The notes beneath the pieces are model-generated. The model did no database searches. It was given only the letters and a program-made list of their open reading frames with translations, and had not been told where the DNA came from. A stretch of 60,761 nucleotides of DNA, the filler included, from Sphacelaria rigidula (taxonomy: Eukaryota): assembly GCA_964200075.2 (NCBI GenBank). It is 8 parts of 8 records of this genome, joined end to end, with 100 filler letters (N's around TTAATTAATTAA, not from the genome) between each part and the next. Parts side by side here need not be neighbours in the genome. Positions count along the whole stretch, not along the records: positions 30,434 to 37,940 come from CAXNAA020014587.1; positions 38,041 to 45,547 come from CAXNAA020014588.1; positions 45,648 to 53,154 come from CAXNAA020014589.1; 5 more parts are not named here. The stretch is one strand, 5' to 3'. A program made the translations under genes and the position numbers. The stretch's first letter is position 1, and the number at the start of each line of letters is the position of its first letter. Positions 35,291-46,612 of this stretch are shown in pieces.

Positions 35291-36599
35291 CGACAAAGAA
35301 TATTGCTGCACCTGAAGAAAAACAAAAGTCCTGAAAAGCTGTCGTTGCTGCGCCTCGTCGCTCGTGCTGACCTATATAGTCACGAATCGGGGCTCAAAAC
35401 ATTTTGGTGTGGCTGGTGGCATGTGGCACTATCTGAATAAACTAGACAGGCTAACTGTCTCACTAGACAGTGTCGAAGAGTTCCACAGTAGCCGTTGAGC
35501 TTACTTTGCGATGCGCAGCAGAAGATAAGGATGGCAGATGGTGTGACTCCTGCCGAGATAGCCTCCCTACAAAAAGTGTGCAGGAGACCGTCCGACGAAC
35601 CGGCGTAGGGTGCCATTCTACACGCGGTCGTTGGTTTCAGAACAACGGGTGAGTCATTCCACGATAGGGGGGGGGGAGATTTTGGGCCACTTATGGCACG
35701 AAGTTCCAAGTAAATTCGGCTTTGAAAGCAGCGATGCTTGCTCGAGCGAGCTTCCTGTAGATAAATAACTCTTACTTGTACTGCTTGGCACCACTTGAAA
35801 CCGGAGTCAAGCGCACAGCGAGTGTGGCAGGTCGTCTGAGGCACCTATGACCCACGTTTTTCGGGAAAGCAACCCCCCCCATCTTTAGTAGGATGGCTGA
35901 AAACCATACCTCTGTATTGCTGTTGGGTAGGCCCAGATTTCTGGATATGATTAGGTTTCAAATAGTTGGGAAATCGCATGAGCCACATTAGGGTTACGTG
36001 CTGAGGGTTTGTTGAAAATCACATGCAGCAGCACATAGCGTATGGAGGAAGAAACTTGCAGTTGAGAGGAGTATGGCTGTATCGAGAACCCAACTATGAA
36101 AAAGTAGCCCTGCATGTGCAGCACTTGGTGACGCCGCGACTGCCCCACCCACAAATAAGTGCACCGGAGACGGTCCATCAACGGGTGGCATGGCGTGTGT
36201 TCATCAGATATGTCGATGTGGTAGTTTCGGGCCTATGTGCTGGTTCGGGACAGGTGCTTTGGGCTCGCCATCGCTTTTGCGAAACGACATATGTTCCTTC
36301 AGACGCCGTTGGTGGTTGGTTTCGAAACCGGGTCAGCCACATAACCATAGTCGCACTGAGGATATTTTTCTTAAACCGGCCTCATCACGCGCTCGTCCGG
36401 CGATGGTCGCGCATAACAAGTTGTCGACGTATGTGCCATGTCGAAGTAATCGATTAAATGAGAAGAGGGTAACACCATAACGAACCTTAAAGCACGCAGA
36501 AATGTCGTTAGTACATAGTAGCGTGCTGTGTATGTGCCCTGTTTCGTCATTGTCGGGTAGTCATGCTGTCGGCATTACAATATTATTGGAGAGGGGATT

Positions 36600-37523
36600 T
36601 CATTCACACAGTATTGCACGGGTGTGACTTATCGACATGTACACATCACCTGGGCAGCTGTAATGAAGCTCGAGTCGTGATCGCAATCCCCGACGGTTCA
36701 GAAGCACCCGCTGAACTGCGTCCTCGTCGATCATGCCCTCAAGACCCGCTAAGGCTATCTCTCCTGGCGTACCCCTGCTCCATTTTACCTCGTAGGAGTA
36801 CCGGCGAGATTTCGCGTCGAACTGTTGCCCCATAATCTCCCCCGCGAAATCTTCGGCCCCTCGCCAAGCTGGCCTCGCACGGCGTTGGCCCTCTATGTAC
36901 AATGTCGGTGCGCGAACCTTTCTCTGTAGCAACGTTCCCTCCGGGTGTATGCCGCGCGCGAGGACGGGAGCTCTGTGGGTTTCGGGTGCCTCGAGAACGA
37001 CCTCAGCATGCTTGATGAAGGCCTGTGAAGGATTCAAGGACATCAATACGGCATTGCTGCGGGCATTCTTGATCGCTGAAGTCTTCATCTTCCCTATCGA
37101 AGGATTCTTCGTGCTCTGCTTCATGTATGCAGACATGGGCATCCCCAGGGTGGCGATGGTCGCGAGGGGGGCAGCTCGCTGGTTGTCGTTGCCCACGGTA
37201 TCAGACGACACGTGGAACCGTGGCTCTTGTCTGTCACTCGCCATTGGGTGTATATCCTGAATCCAAACCATGATGTCCCCAGGAGTTAACATACCGTCGG
37301 ACGAGAAAGCCCTCTCCCATGGGCATGGCGATCTTCGCGCGATCACAACAGGTACAAGGTCCCGGCCCCCGTTTTCGCTAGGATTAACGCGCATGAGCGC
37401 GGTAGAACCGTAGGCCAGGTGACACTGCATGCGCCGGAAGGTGTCTTCCAGTTCCAGCTCCCGTGTACTGACTGGCTCACCCCGGTCTGTGCGCCGCGCC
37501 CATTCCACTGGTGCCGGAATCAC
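36600..37523 (-). CDS. Intronless orphan ORF (307 aa) with a weak chromodomain-like motif near the C-terminus
   Basis: Longest non-repetitive unexplained ORF in the window. EIMGQQFDAKSRRYSYEVKWSRG resembles chromo 'I...R......YLVKW.G'. The start codon is not a true ATG and the 5' end is uncertain. Confidence 0.4.
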   Translation of the reverse strand: MIPAPVEWARRTDRGEPVSTRELELEDTFRRMQCHLAYGSTALMRVNPSENGGRDLVPVVIARRSPCPWERAFSSDGMLTPGDIMVWIQDIHPMASDRQEPRFHVSSDTVGNDNQRAAPLATIATLGMPMSAYMKQSTKNPSIGKMKTSAIKNARSNAVLMSLNPSQAFIKHAEVVLEAPETHRAPVLARGIHPEGTLLQRKVRAPTLYIEGQRRARPAWRGAEDFAGEIMGQQFDAKSRRYSYEVKWSRGTPGEIALAGLEGMIDEDAVQRVLLNRRGLRSRLELHYSCPGDVYMSISHTRAILCE

Positions 37524-39039
37524 TCCTTGCCGAATCAGTGGACACGTGTGCCCCTGGCCAGTGCGACATCTGCGGCAACTTCTCCGAGAACACGGAAGCA
37601 GTCAAGGTGGGTCGAGTGGTCCTCAGAGTCAGTAGGAGTCCTCCTCTTGTTTGTCTGTTGATGACAAGTGGCGAGAGACAGTCGCTATTCACGAATAGCA
37701 GCCCATGTGCTTTTTGTGTGGCGCCCGGTTGTGGTTGCTCTTCGCCTAATCTCATTTATTAGTCGACACAATTTCCTACCTACTATTCATCACGTCATCT
37801 CAGGCAGAAACGTTTTGTAGCACATCCCCTACGCTTCTGTGGCTAGAGTCTCACCCGCAAGATAGCTGGTATGCTGCCACCACTCCCGGGGTGGACGTTG
37901 CGGCGATCCGAGATTGCGACATGCAACCGGTCACGTGGATNNNNNNNNNNNNNNNNNNNNNNNNNNNNNNNNNNNNNNNNNNNNTTAATTAATTAANNNN
38001 NNNNNNNNNNNNNNNNNNNNNNNNNNNNNNNNNNNNNNNNTCGGACATCGTTAAGGGCTCGTACAAACATAACGATACAGACTTATGGGACAGAGGAAGT
38101 ACTGTCCAAGGTGTAAAACATTGTACGGATTCGTCGGAAACCGTCATGAAAACAGAACGAAGGCCGCAGTGAGAAGTTGAATTGGCTACACGAGCGATCC
38201 ATCAGGCAGGGACAACTGGTGAGGTAAGTTCATGTTTCCCTACAACCCCCCCTACCGGGTGCGACGCGGTTTCGAGGCAACTCCAAGACTCAGTCGCCTG
38301 AAGGACGTTCACTCATCACCACATCAGTTCATTATCTCTGACTCGCGGTCGACTCGTACTCATCTCTCGGGCACAGAGTACATCCTTGCTCCGAGTGCAG
38401 TACCTGCAACATACTTCCACCTGAGCCAACTTTAGTGTCATGGATTTGATCACCTCTGACAGCATAATTTCAATAAAATAAAGCCACCACACACCCCTCC
38501 CACCCCTCGTAGCGCAAAATTTGAGGTGGTGATTTGTTTTGGGCGTGGAACTCTCTTTCATCTGTATGCCCCGCCCCCTCGATTACCTATGCTCCGTCCC
38601 GAAAGGGATGCGTGGTCAATGGTCAATCGACGAAGGCAAGCAACAAATGAGTACGCCTCCCTCGATTACCCCAACATTGAGCCCATTTACATTTAACGGT
38701 TTTTTTTTCTGTGGATGAGCAATAATAACGTTTCATGGGCTTGAAAATAACAATCTAAGGCTTGAAACGTTGTTGTGGGAGTGCGCGCCTGACAAGCGAA
38801 AGTCGGGGGTCAGGATGGTCTACGCGAGGAGCTTATGTTGCCCCCCCTACTACTCCGTCTCGAAAGGGATGCGTGGTCAATGGTCAAATGACTAAGGCAA
38901 GCAACAAATGAGTACGCCCCCCCCCTACTACCTCCTTTCACCATCCCCGCAAGATGATGAAAAAAGCCGCGAACTCCATCGACACAGCTCGCGCAGCACA
39001 CGCGCACACAAGCAACGAACGTTCACGATGACAACCCAC

Positions 39040-40085
39040 CTGCTTGAGCTTCTGCTCGACAATTCGGCCGAAGAAGGCATCGACGGCCTGGTCGAACGAC
39101 GGAAACGCGTGCACAAGCGCCCCCTCGTGCTGCGCCAGCAGCTGCGGCAAATACTCGTCGTAAACCACATCATCACCACCATCACCCCCACCCCCAACCT
39201 GATCTGCAGCCGCCTTAGGTCTCTGTACCTCCACTTCGCCCCTGGCGAGCGGCTTGCACAGGATGTATCCCTGCTGACCCGGGCGGTCGAGTTGCTGGAC
39301 GGCCGCGTCCGCGCCTGCTAGCGCGATGACAAGCCTTCGAATCTCGTCCTCCGACAAACCACCTCGATGGCCGGCCTCCGCCCGTGTCGCCGTCGTCACG
39401 GTAAAATCAGCATCCCCCGGAGTAAGCGCAGTAGCGGCGGCGGTGACAGCGCTACTGCTTCCATCGGAAGCAGCAGTAGTTGGAGCAGCATGAGCACAAG
39501 AAGGAGTGCTATTGACGGATATCTTAGCGCATAACTTATTGTTGGGCCGTAACCCCGCGCCCAAAACACAGTGCTCGAGCACAGAGGGACCATATACCGA
39601 CACGCCAGATCCCTTCTGCATCAGCGCCTGCTTGAGCGTGGCCTTCTTAGCCTTTCGAGCTCCGCCACCGCCTCCTTTTTTCTTACCACTCCCCGCGCCG
39701 CCGCTACCACCGCCGCCGCTGCCAGCTCGGCTCTCTGTTGCCGCGGTATCGGCGCCTGGCGCGACAGCGGGTGCGTCCGCCAACTCAGCAGCTCGTTGCA
39801 GCCACTCTCCCATCCGCCGCATGGCTACCTCTATCGCCATCCCGTTTGCAAACGCTCCGTCTGTAACACTTGTCTCCGAGTTTCCCACCGAGTTTGTGGT
39901 AGAAGTCAACTCCGCCGCCGTCGCCGGCGCGCTTGACTTTGTCCCCTCTTGAGTTGTGGCCAGATCCATTGGATAGATCTGGCGGACCGCGACTCGAACA
40001 TCGCCTTCGTCGCCTTGACCGTCATACGTGTGCGTTCTGAGGAGGTCCAGGATTTCGTACTTGTGGTCCGTTAGGATAATATTTC
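39040..40085 (-). CDS. NEMF: NEMF/Rqc2 (ribosome quality control, NFACT family), long internal exon
   Basis: CAG acceptor and GTGGG donor, 2+1044 nt. Encodes (G)NIILTDHKYEILDLLRTH...YP...YGPSVLEHC...GYI...YDEYLPQLLAQH...FPSFDQAVDAFFGRIVEQKLKQ, all characteristic of NEMF. Confidence 0.93.
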
Positions 40086-40645
40086 CTGGTGTATGACGCG
40101 ATTTTCATGAAGTTGAGGCAAGGGGGGTGGGGGGGGGAGGAAGGGGGGAAGCGGTAATCGTGAGGGACCACAAGCTCTGAGGTGTGTAGAGGTATTGTCG
40201 ATGTTCTTCTATGGACAAAGAGTGTTGGTGCCGTCCCTAAACGACCACGCGTACTAGGAGGCTGGACGGGCATAATTCAACAAAGCATGGTGATTGAGGG
40301 GACTAACCGAAACAATAAAATCATTGGAGAAAGTGAATGTCTGACGCGATAGCCCTGCGTGGTACCTCTTTTTTCGCGAAAAAAAAAACATCTTCACCTA
40401 GGAGCGTTTCGTACCGAATGCAAAAAATGTAAATAAACATCAAAACACAACACCTAAAATACCCCACACATGTAATCTCACAAAAAGAGTACAATAGTAT
40501 GTCATAGTGAGACGCGATACCCATCCCGTGCAGTCGCTGGCGGGTGTGGTATCGACTAGCTGTGCAGATGCGAAAGGGACAGCGCAAGATCTGTTTCCCC
40601 AATCCCCCCTCCCTCTCCTTCGCATCCAGAGAAGCTGACATGTAC

Positions 40646-40818
40646 CTTGCGCGTATAGCTCGAGGATGACGTGATTGGCAGTTTCTCCGCTTCCGAATTT
40701 GAAGTCAACCACACGGTCCATGCCCACCTGCCGCACGTCCTCCAACCGCTTGGTACGGATGTGCTTGCGTAGCTTCATGCTGAAGCCAGACGGCATATCG
40801 GACTTCGCGTGGGAAAAC
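40646..40818 (-). CDS. NEMF: NEMF/Rqc2 internal exon (FSHAKSDMPSGFSMKLRKHIRTKRLEDVRQVGMDRVVDFKFGSGETANHVILELYAQG)
   Basis: Hallmark NFACT-N motif PSGFSMKLRKH..RL..V.Q.G.DR...F.FG...H.ILELY..GN. Splice phases fit both neighbours. Confidence 0.97.
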
Positions 40819-42244
40819 CTGGTATGTTGGATCAGCAACGTTGAAACAGCGGGAGAACAGCGAACATCGGTGGGAAAATCCTGTCGTCTTTTCATGAACA
40901 AAACGCGAAAGTGACGCTCAAGAGGGGCAGTACAAGCAGCCGTTGTTTGGGGTGCAGAATTCGTACATGTTCTGCCACTATATGGCATTTGGTCTCCATT
41001 GCTTTGCCACAGGTGCAATTCTGTGGTGGTAGAGACACGTCAACTCGGTGGTGGGTGCTTGAGCACAGAAGATGAAGGGAGCTATCAATGTATCTACAGC
41101 ACAGGTCAGCATGCAACAGCGTAGGGCAGTGCAGAGCAGTAGAGTGAAGAACAGTGCACTGCGGTACAGTACGAAGCTATACACGGCACAGTGCACGCAG
41201 TTTCTCCCTACCCTTTTTTGCACACTGGCCCACGGGTTATCATACTGTACTATTACTAGCCCCGAAAATAAATGTAATCGCTGACCGAAAGGGTACGACA
41301 AAAGAGCCTTCTCTTTTGTCATACTTACCCTATTTTTTCTGTGTCAGGTTTTTGTAAGGTGATGATGAGATAAAAATACTGCATTATGCTCTGCTTTGGT
41401 GGAACCCCTGTGGCATGAGATCTTCGCTTAGGGTTCAACCTCTGGTATTACAGGGGCTTCGCGTACTTTGAGCCCTAACCACCATTGGGCGGGAAGATTT
41501 GAATGCAAAAGGAACATTGCGATCCATGTTGTGTGGGTTGTCGTGCATTGCGCCCCCCCCTACATGGGCTCTTTTCCCCTAGTGGATGCTGGGGTTCGTT
41601 ATGAGGGAGGGTGGGTGTCTGCATTATTTCATACGTTGGACAACTCATGAGCTAGCTACCTAAAAATTACTTCCTATTAGTGTACTGATCCAGATCACGA
41701 GCTAGCTCATGTAGTCGCTTTTCCCATATTTATTCCGTACAGCGCTGGACACCAAGCACGCGGAATAGCGTAAAGGTAGCGCTTTGGCTTCTTCTCAGAC
41801 CCTGCTGTCACGTCACTTAGTTTGTGTTTTTGGATAGGGGATCTGACAGTTACCTTCGATCAGTTATTTTGGGTGGCTCATGAGCTGTTCGACGTGTTCA
41901 TTATTTTTTTCGTTCGTAGGATGACCCATGCATCACCACTCTACCCTATGATCATGCAGTAGGACCCCACATTTTCAAACTTGAATGCGACTGCAGACGG
42001 GTGTCAGAATACGCTTCTCCTGAGAGCAAGTGATGCCCCCTTGTACGTCGCACCGAATTATGATTTGCACGCAGAAATACGACTCCTTAAACTGTCTCTC
42101 AGGGACAACGTCACACACCACCCACTACCGCACTATATTACGAATTCGTTTTTGCTGCAAGCCAGTGTTGGACGAAACCAATTGCCCCATACGAGAGACT
42201 CCCAAACAGCAGTCTGATCTGCGGTTGTTCTCATCACTACTTAC

Positions 42245-42327
42245 TTGGTAGTATGGAACCGGACACCGGACTCCAGCAAGAGAACCGCCTTCTCTTGCCC
42301 CGGGCTGGCCAACTTCAAGAGGTACGT
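42245..42327 (-). CDS. NEMF: NEMF/Rqc2 internal exon (TYLLKLASPGQEKAVLLLESGVRFHTTK)
   Basis: Motif K..LL.ESG.R.HTT; CAG acceptor and GTAAG donor; AA+G=Lys junction. The first coding exon was not found in this contig. Confidence 0.95.
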
Positions 42328-44529
42328 CTGCGGGCGAGGCAAAAAAGAGCAGGCAAACACCGCGATGGCGAAGTATCGCTTCGCTACACGTGGAAAAATC
42401 AAGTGTGCAGGTAAACGAACAAAACAAAAGCAGTATCTTACAACGTATTGTGGACCGTTCCACGAACTAGTCATCCAGGAAGATTGACCGTGGGCGCGCC
42501 ATGGCGCTACAGACTGGATCCCAATTGACTGCTCTGTTTCGTGTTGTTCCGAGTCAACCGCGTGCAGACAAACGCGTCTGAAGATGCTTCGCGGGATATG
42601 CGTCATGCACTCGAAGGGTAAGGGAGGGAGTCACGGTTGATGGCTGCTCGCGGATGTTGTTGATATCCTTTTCCCGACGTGGCGGTATAAAGCACGAAAT
42701 GATTCCTGCCACACTGTTCACACCGGGGTTCATTTTTGGCGACTCGGCGCGGCCGACGGAGTGTGATGTTTTGTACCACCGTCTACCAGGGTCTGAGAAA
42801 TTCCTTTGGAAAAACGCGCGGCGTCTGGCTGTAAGGGAGAAATGGTGTTTCAACACTCCGCCACCATAAAAGTCCTGCCTATGCAATTAGGGTACAGTTT
42901 TGGGGGTGAATGAGGGTCATAACGGCCAAAACAAGACATGCAGGGAAAAAAAAGGAAAATCGCGGAGGAATAATGAATATGTCATCAACTGTTCCGAGCT
43001 GTTGCTAATAGGACGCACGCTTCGTCCACAATTTGCTTGATTTTGGTGTCCGACAACTGTAGCAATTTCACTGCGTCTTTCTCGGCACAAGAAGCAAGCC
43101 GGCCTGTGGCACCTCACAGCTCCCCCCCCCCCACACACACACACAAAAGCTTAAGGATAATAAAATAACTTTGCTCAGATCGCCACAGCGGACTCAAACA
43201 GCCCCCAAAACAGTAAAAATAAAACTTTTGGAGTACATTTTGGTTTGGTGCAGCGTTTGTCGAAACGCTTCAAGGAAATATATCCTACGGTTCCCTGGTT
43301 TGGGTTTGTGGCAAGCACACGCAAGAAACTGCATTCCAATCCTCTGCTTGGTTGCCGAGAAATCCACGTTGAAAGATCGGCACTTTTGGGTTGAAGACCA
43401 GCAGCATCTTGGCGGTACTAGCAGTATGTCATGGAAACGTTTCCAGCTGCTGCTGTAGTGTGTGGGGGCCACTACTACTGTTGCTGCTCGTATCATTGTC
43501 TCCTGATGTTCAAAAGGGCGGTGAACATGGCGTGGTAGCTCGCGGGCGCGTGCTTCTCGAGTGCTACAGCAACAAACAGCAGCAGTATAGCGCAACAGCA
43601 GGGACAGAGCAACAACAGGAGAAGCAGATTCTATCCTCCTGTTGTTGTGCCCCTGTGTGTACAGGTGTATAGCAACGTCAGTCACAGGCTCGTCATAAAA
43701 ATGTACTACTTTTGTACAAGATTTAATTTCAGCCAGGTGGCTATTTTGAGGCGATGCGTATATTTGTGATTGATACTGATTGGCTTGTTTAAGCTTCATT
43801 TCTCCTGTAAACAGGTGTCGATACACACTCTTTCCCGAAATATAGTACCCCGAACCGGCCCTCATTCACGCCCATAACAGGAAGAATATATGTTGTGACG
43901 GTACCGTCCGTACGCAATACGAGCTGGGTCAGCAAATAAACCCGCATTCCTTCGACACAAGATAACCTTCTTGGTTTTCTGAGTTAAACCGATGTAATCA
44001 TACCGCTATGAACTACAAATCAACCTGATGACGCACGTTCTGCCGTTGAAAAAAACAAAAAACAAATGACTGTTCCGCAGCAAAACACACACACGCCCTC
44101 TCTCATGTGTTGGAGCCGTCACTATTGTACTGTGGTGTGTTTACGCATTACGAAAACGGTTTAGATTGCCTAAGCTGCGATATTGTCGTTGCGTTCGTCT
44201 CGGCAGTAAATAATGTTAGTCTGCATGCAGTGATGGCTGCACACTGTTGAAAACTTCATGGTGTATGGGCTGTTTTGTCTTCCGTAAAATGAACACAGTG
44301 CTGCCCGCTGCTGCGACACTCCGGCTGGTACTGTGCGTTGGGGCAGTGTATTGTACCGTAGTACTGTATTGTGTTGGAATATGTGAGTGCGGGCATCAGC
44401 GGTCATGGGATTAGACCGCTCGAACACTAGGTTTTAGAGTACTCTTCTGGCAATTCCCAACTGCAATGGAGCGATCTGATTCGTAGTTACCACGTAAATT
44501 CTGCCCAGCTGCAAATTCGGTCTGCCAGA

Positions 44530-44905
44530 CATTTGATACGGGTTTTGGCCCCCGAACAGGGAATATCGCTATCACACGTCCTGGACACTTTACATCACTC
44601 CATCGAGAGGAGCCTAGCCCGCTTGTCTGATGCGCTTGGGTGCGAAGTTCCGAGAACGCGCCCTGAACGAAAATACAGCTGGACAAAAAGTGGGGGATCT
44701 GGAGGTATTTTCAGAAAATAACTGCAGATCCTTTGGAGACACCGCATTTTTTTGTCCAGCTGATTTTTTGTGCAGGGACCGTTCTCGGAACCTCGGAGCC
44801 AAGCGAATCGCACAAGTGGGCTAGACTCCTCTCGGTGGGGTGATGTAAAGAGTCCAAGACGTGTGATAGCAATACTCCTTGTCCGGGGGTCAAAAACCGT
44901 GCTGA
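44530..44905. repeat. Foldback with arms of about 170 bp
   Basis: 44540-44700 is a diverged reverse complement of 44726-44899. Mirror ORFs 44411- / 44770+ share translation. Confidence 0.85.
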
Positions 44906-45367
44906 ATATCCCCAAAGCGGACCCGCCAACATCAACCGAAATAAGACATGATCTCAACGACAGAACCAGCTTCTGCAAAAATATAAATGTCAAGGTTTCA
45001 ACTCGTGGCCTCCCGCTCTCGTGGAAATCTCGAAGTCTCACACTACAGGCTAGGCCAGCTGACAGTGATTCCAAAATGTATTTTGGCGATGCTGTGGCTA
45101 ATTCGATGAGTTGGGCACTGAAATCTTGACACAACATTTTCATCATCACTACGTACAACATTTCCTGACGTGCATTTGTAAACACAAAAACAAAAAAGAA
45201 GTTAGAGCGATTTGAAGTTTCTGTAAAAACTAGAGAAATGCTCCAACACAGTGAAAAACACGAAACATGGATGCACCTCGGGAAATGTTGTGCGCAGTGA
45301 TAATGAACACGTTGTGTCAAAATTTCAGCGCCCAACTCTTCGAATTACCCACAGCATTCACTTTTTC

Positions 45368-45441
45368 GTCTGGCACCCGGTGGTCATACTGGTAGAAAGC
45401 CTCTTATTACAGAGGTCTCGAGTTCGAACCCCGACACGACC
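45368..45441 (+). mobile_element. tRNA-like SINE head or tRNA pseudogene
   Basis: A-box-like TGGTCATACTGG, stem CCTCT/AGAGG with a 6-nt loop, B-box GAGTTCGAACC. No clean acceptor stem. Confidence 0.5.
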
Positions 45442-45651
45442 ATTTTGTTTTTGCGCATTATCTGGCATAGCGCCTTGCATCTGGGGGGTGTATAGCGCGG
45501 TTTGAGGTAGTACTTCTCCCTCTCACGGCGGTAAAGGACCGTCGGCTNNNNNNNNNNNNNNNNNNNNNNNNNNNNNNNNNNNNNNNNNNNNTTAATTAAT
45601 TAANNNNNNNNNNNNNNNNNNNNNNNNNNNNNNNNNNNNNNNNNNNNGAGA

Positions 45652-45718
45652 ATGGAAGCCACGACCCAACCGTCAGAAGGTTTCGAGGTTACCAACTGAG
45701 CCACCGGGGCGACCGGCT
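45652..45718 (-). mobile_element. tRNA-derived SINE head
   Basis: Reverse strand reads GCCCCGGTGGCTCAGTTGGT (A box) followed by a decayed B box at the contig edge. Confidence 0.5.
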
Positions 45719-46612
45719 ATGACACCCCACGAAAATAGCTCAGTGAAGACACACACATATATACACAAGCAGTTGACTTTTGCCTCACAACCAGTCAGGG
45801 ATTCTCCAGTACTCATTTCTATTCGGATACTCAAACATCCACATGTTCATGTAAAGAGGCGTTTTGTCTTTCAGAAAAAAACAGCTCTTCTGGACTCTTA
45901 AGTATGGCATAATTGATCTCAGTTGATCTGTCAGGGGTTCGTAGTCTAGAGGTTAATAAAAAGCCCGTATTGAGACACGCTTGTTGGCGCGTCTGGTCGC
46001 TGAACGCTTAAAGAGAGCAGCGTGTGGCTATCACCACTTACCCACTACGGTTTGTCTCGCTCGTTGTCCGGTGTGCACCCGTACAAGTACTGGCCGGCAG
46101 TATGCCTACTTTGCTCTCCCCTCTTCCCTCTCCGCTCGGAACGCTATGCCGTTTTTTTTCTTTGTGCTCACGTATGCACGATTAGGGGCCCGTCCGTGCG
46201 GTTTACGATCTTGCAACAGGCGTCACTGGCTCCTTGAGTGTTTTTTCTCAGCATGTTTGAACCTTTTCAAGCTGTTTCAAGAACCCACGTTCGCTTTCTC
46301 TGCGCGATGAGCTTTTCAATGTGTCGTGTCAAGACTACAGTAGATCAGCTCCCGCAAAAAACCGAGTTGAGGAGACGTACACCGAGACAAAAGTCACTCT
46401 GAGAAACAAATGATCCAGAAATGGTCTACGTTGTTATTCGACACTTCTACGTCCCTCAGCTTCAATATACTACGCAATGCGAATTACTTCAGTTCCGTCG
46501 ACTCCAAATGAGACACTCATGTGACGGTAGAACAGAAGACGCGAGGTTTACCCCAAAACCGTTGTTTTCGCCATTCTTATTTGCGATCCTTCCACCCTAC
46601 GTGCGAGGCTAG

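Noticed and set aside
43194..43865. 223-aa ORF
   Set aside because: No recognisable motif and non-protein-like composition; probably intronic or intergenic.
44595..45335. 246-aa minus-strand ORF as the missing NEMF first exon
   Set aside because: No NEMF N-terminal motif; about 40% of it overlaps a foldback repeat.
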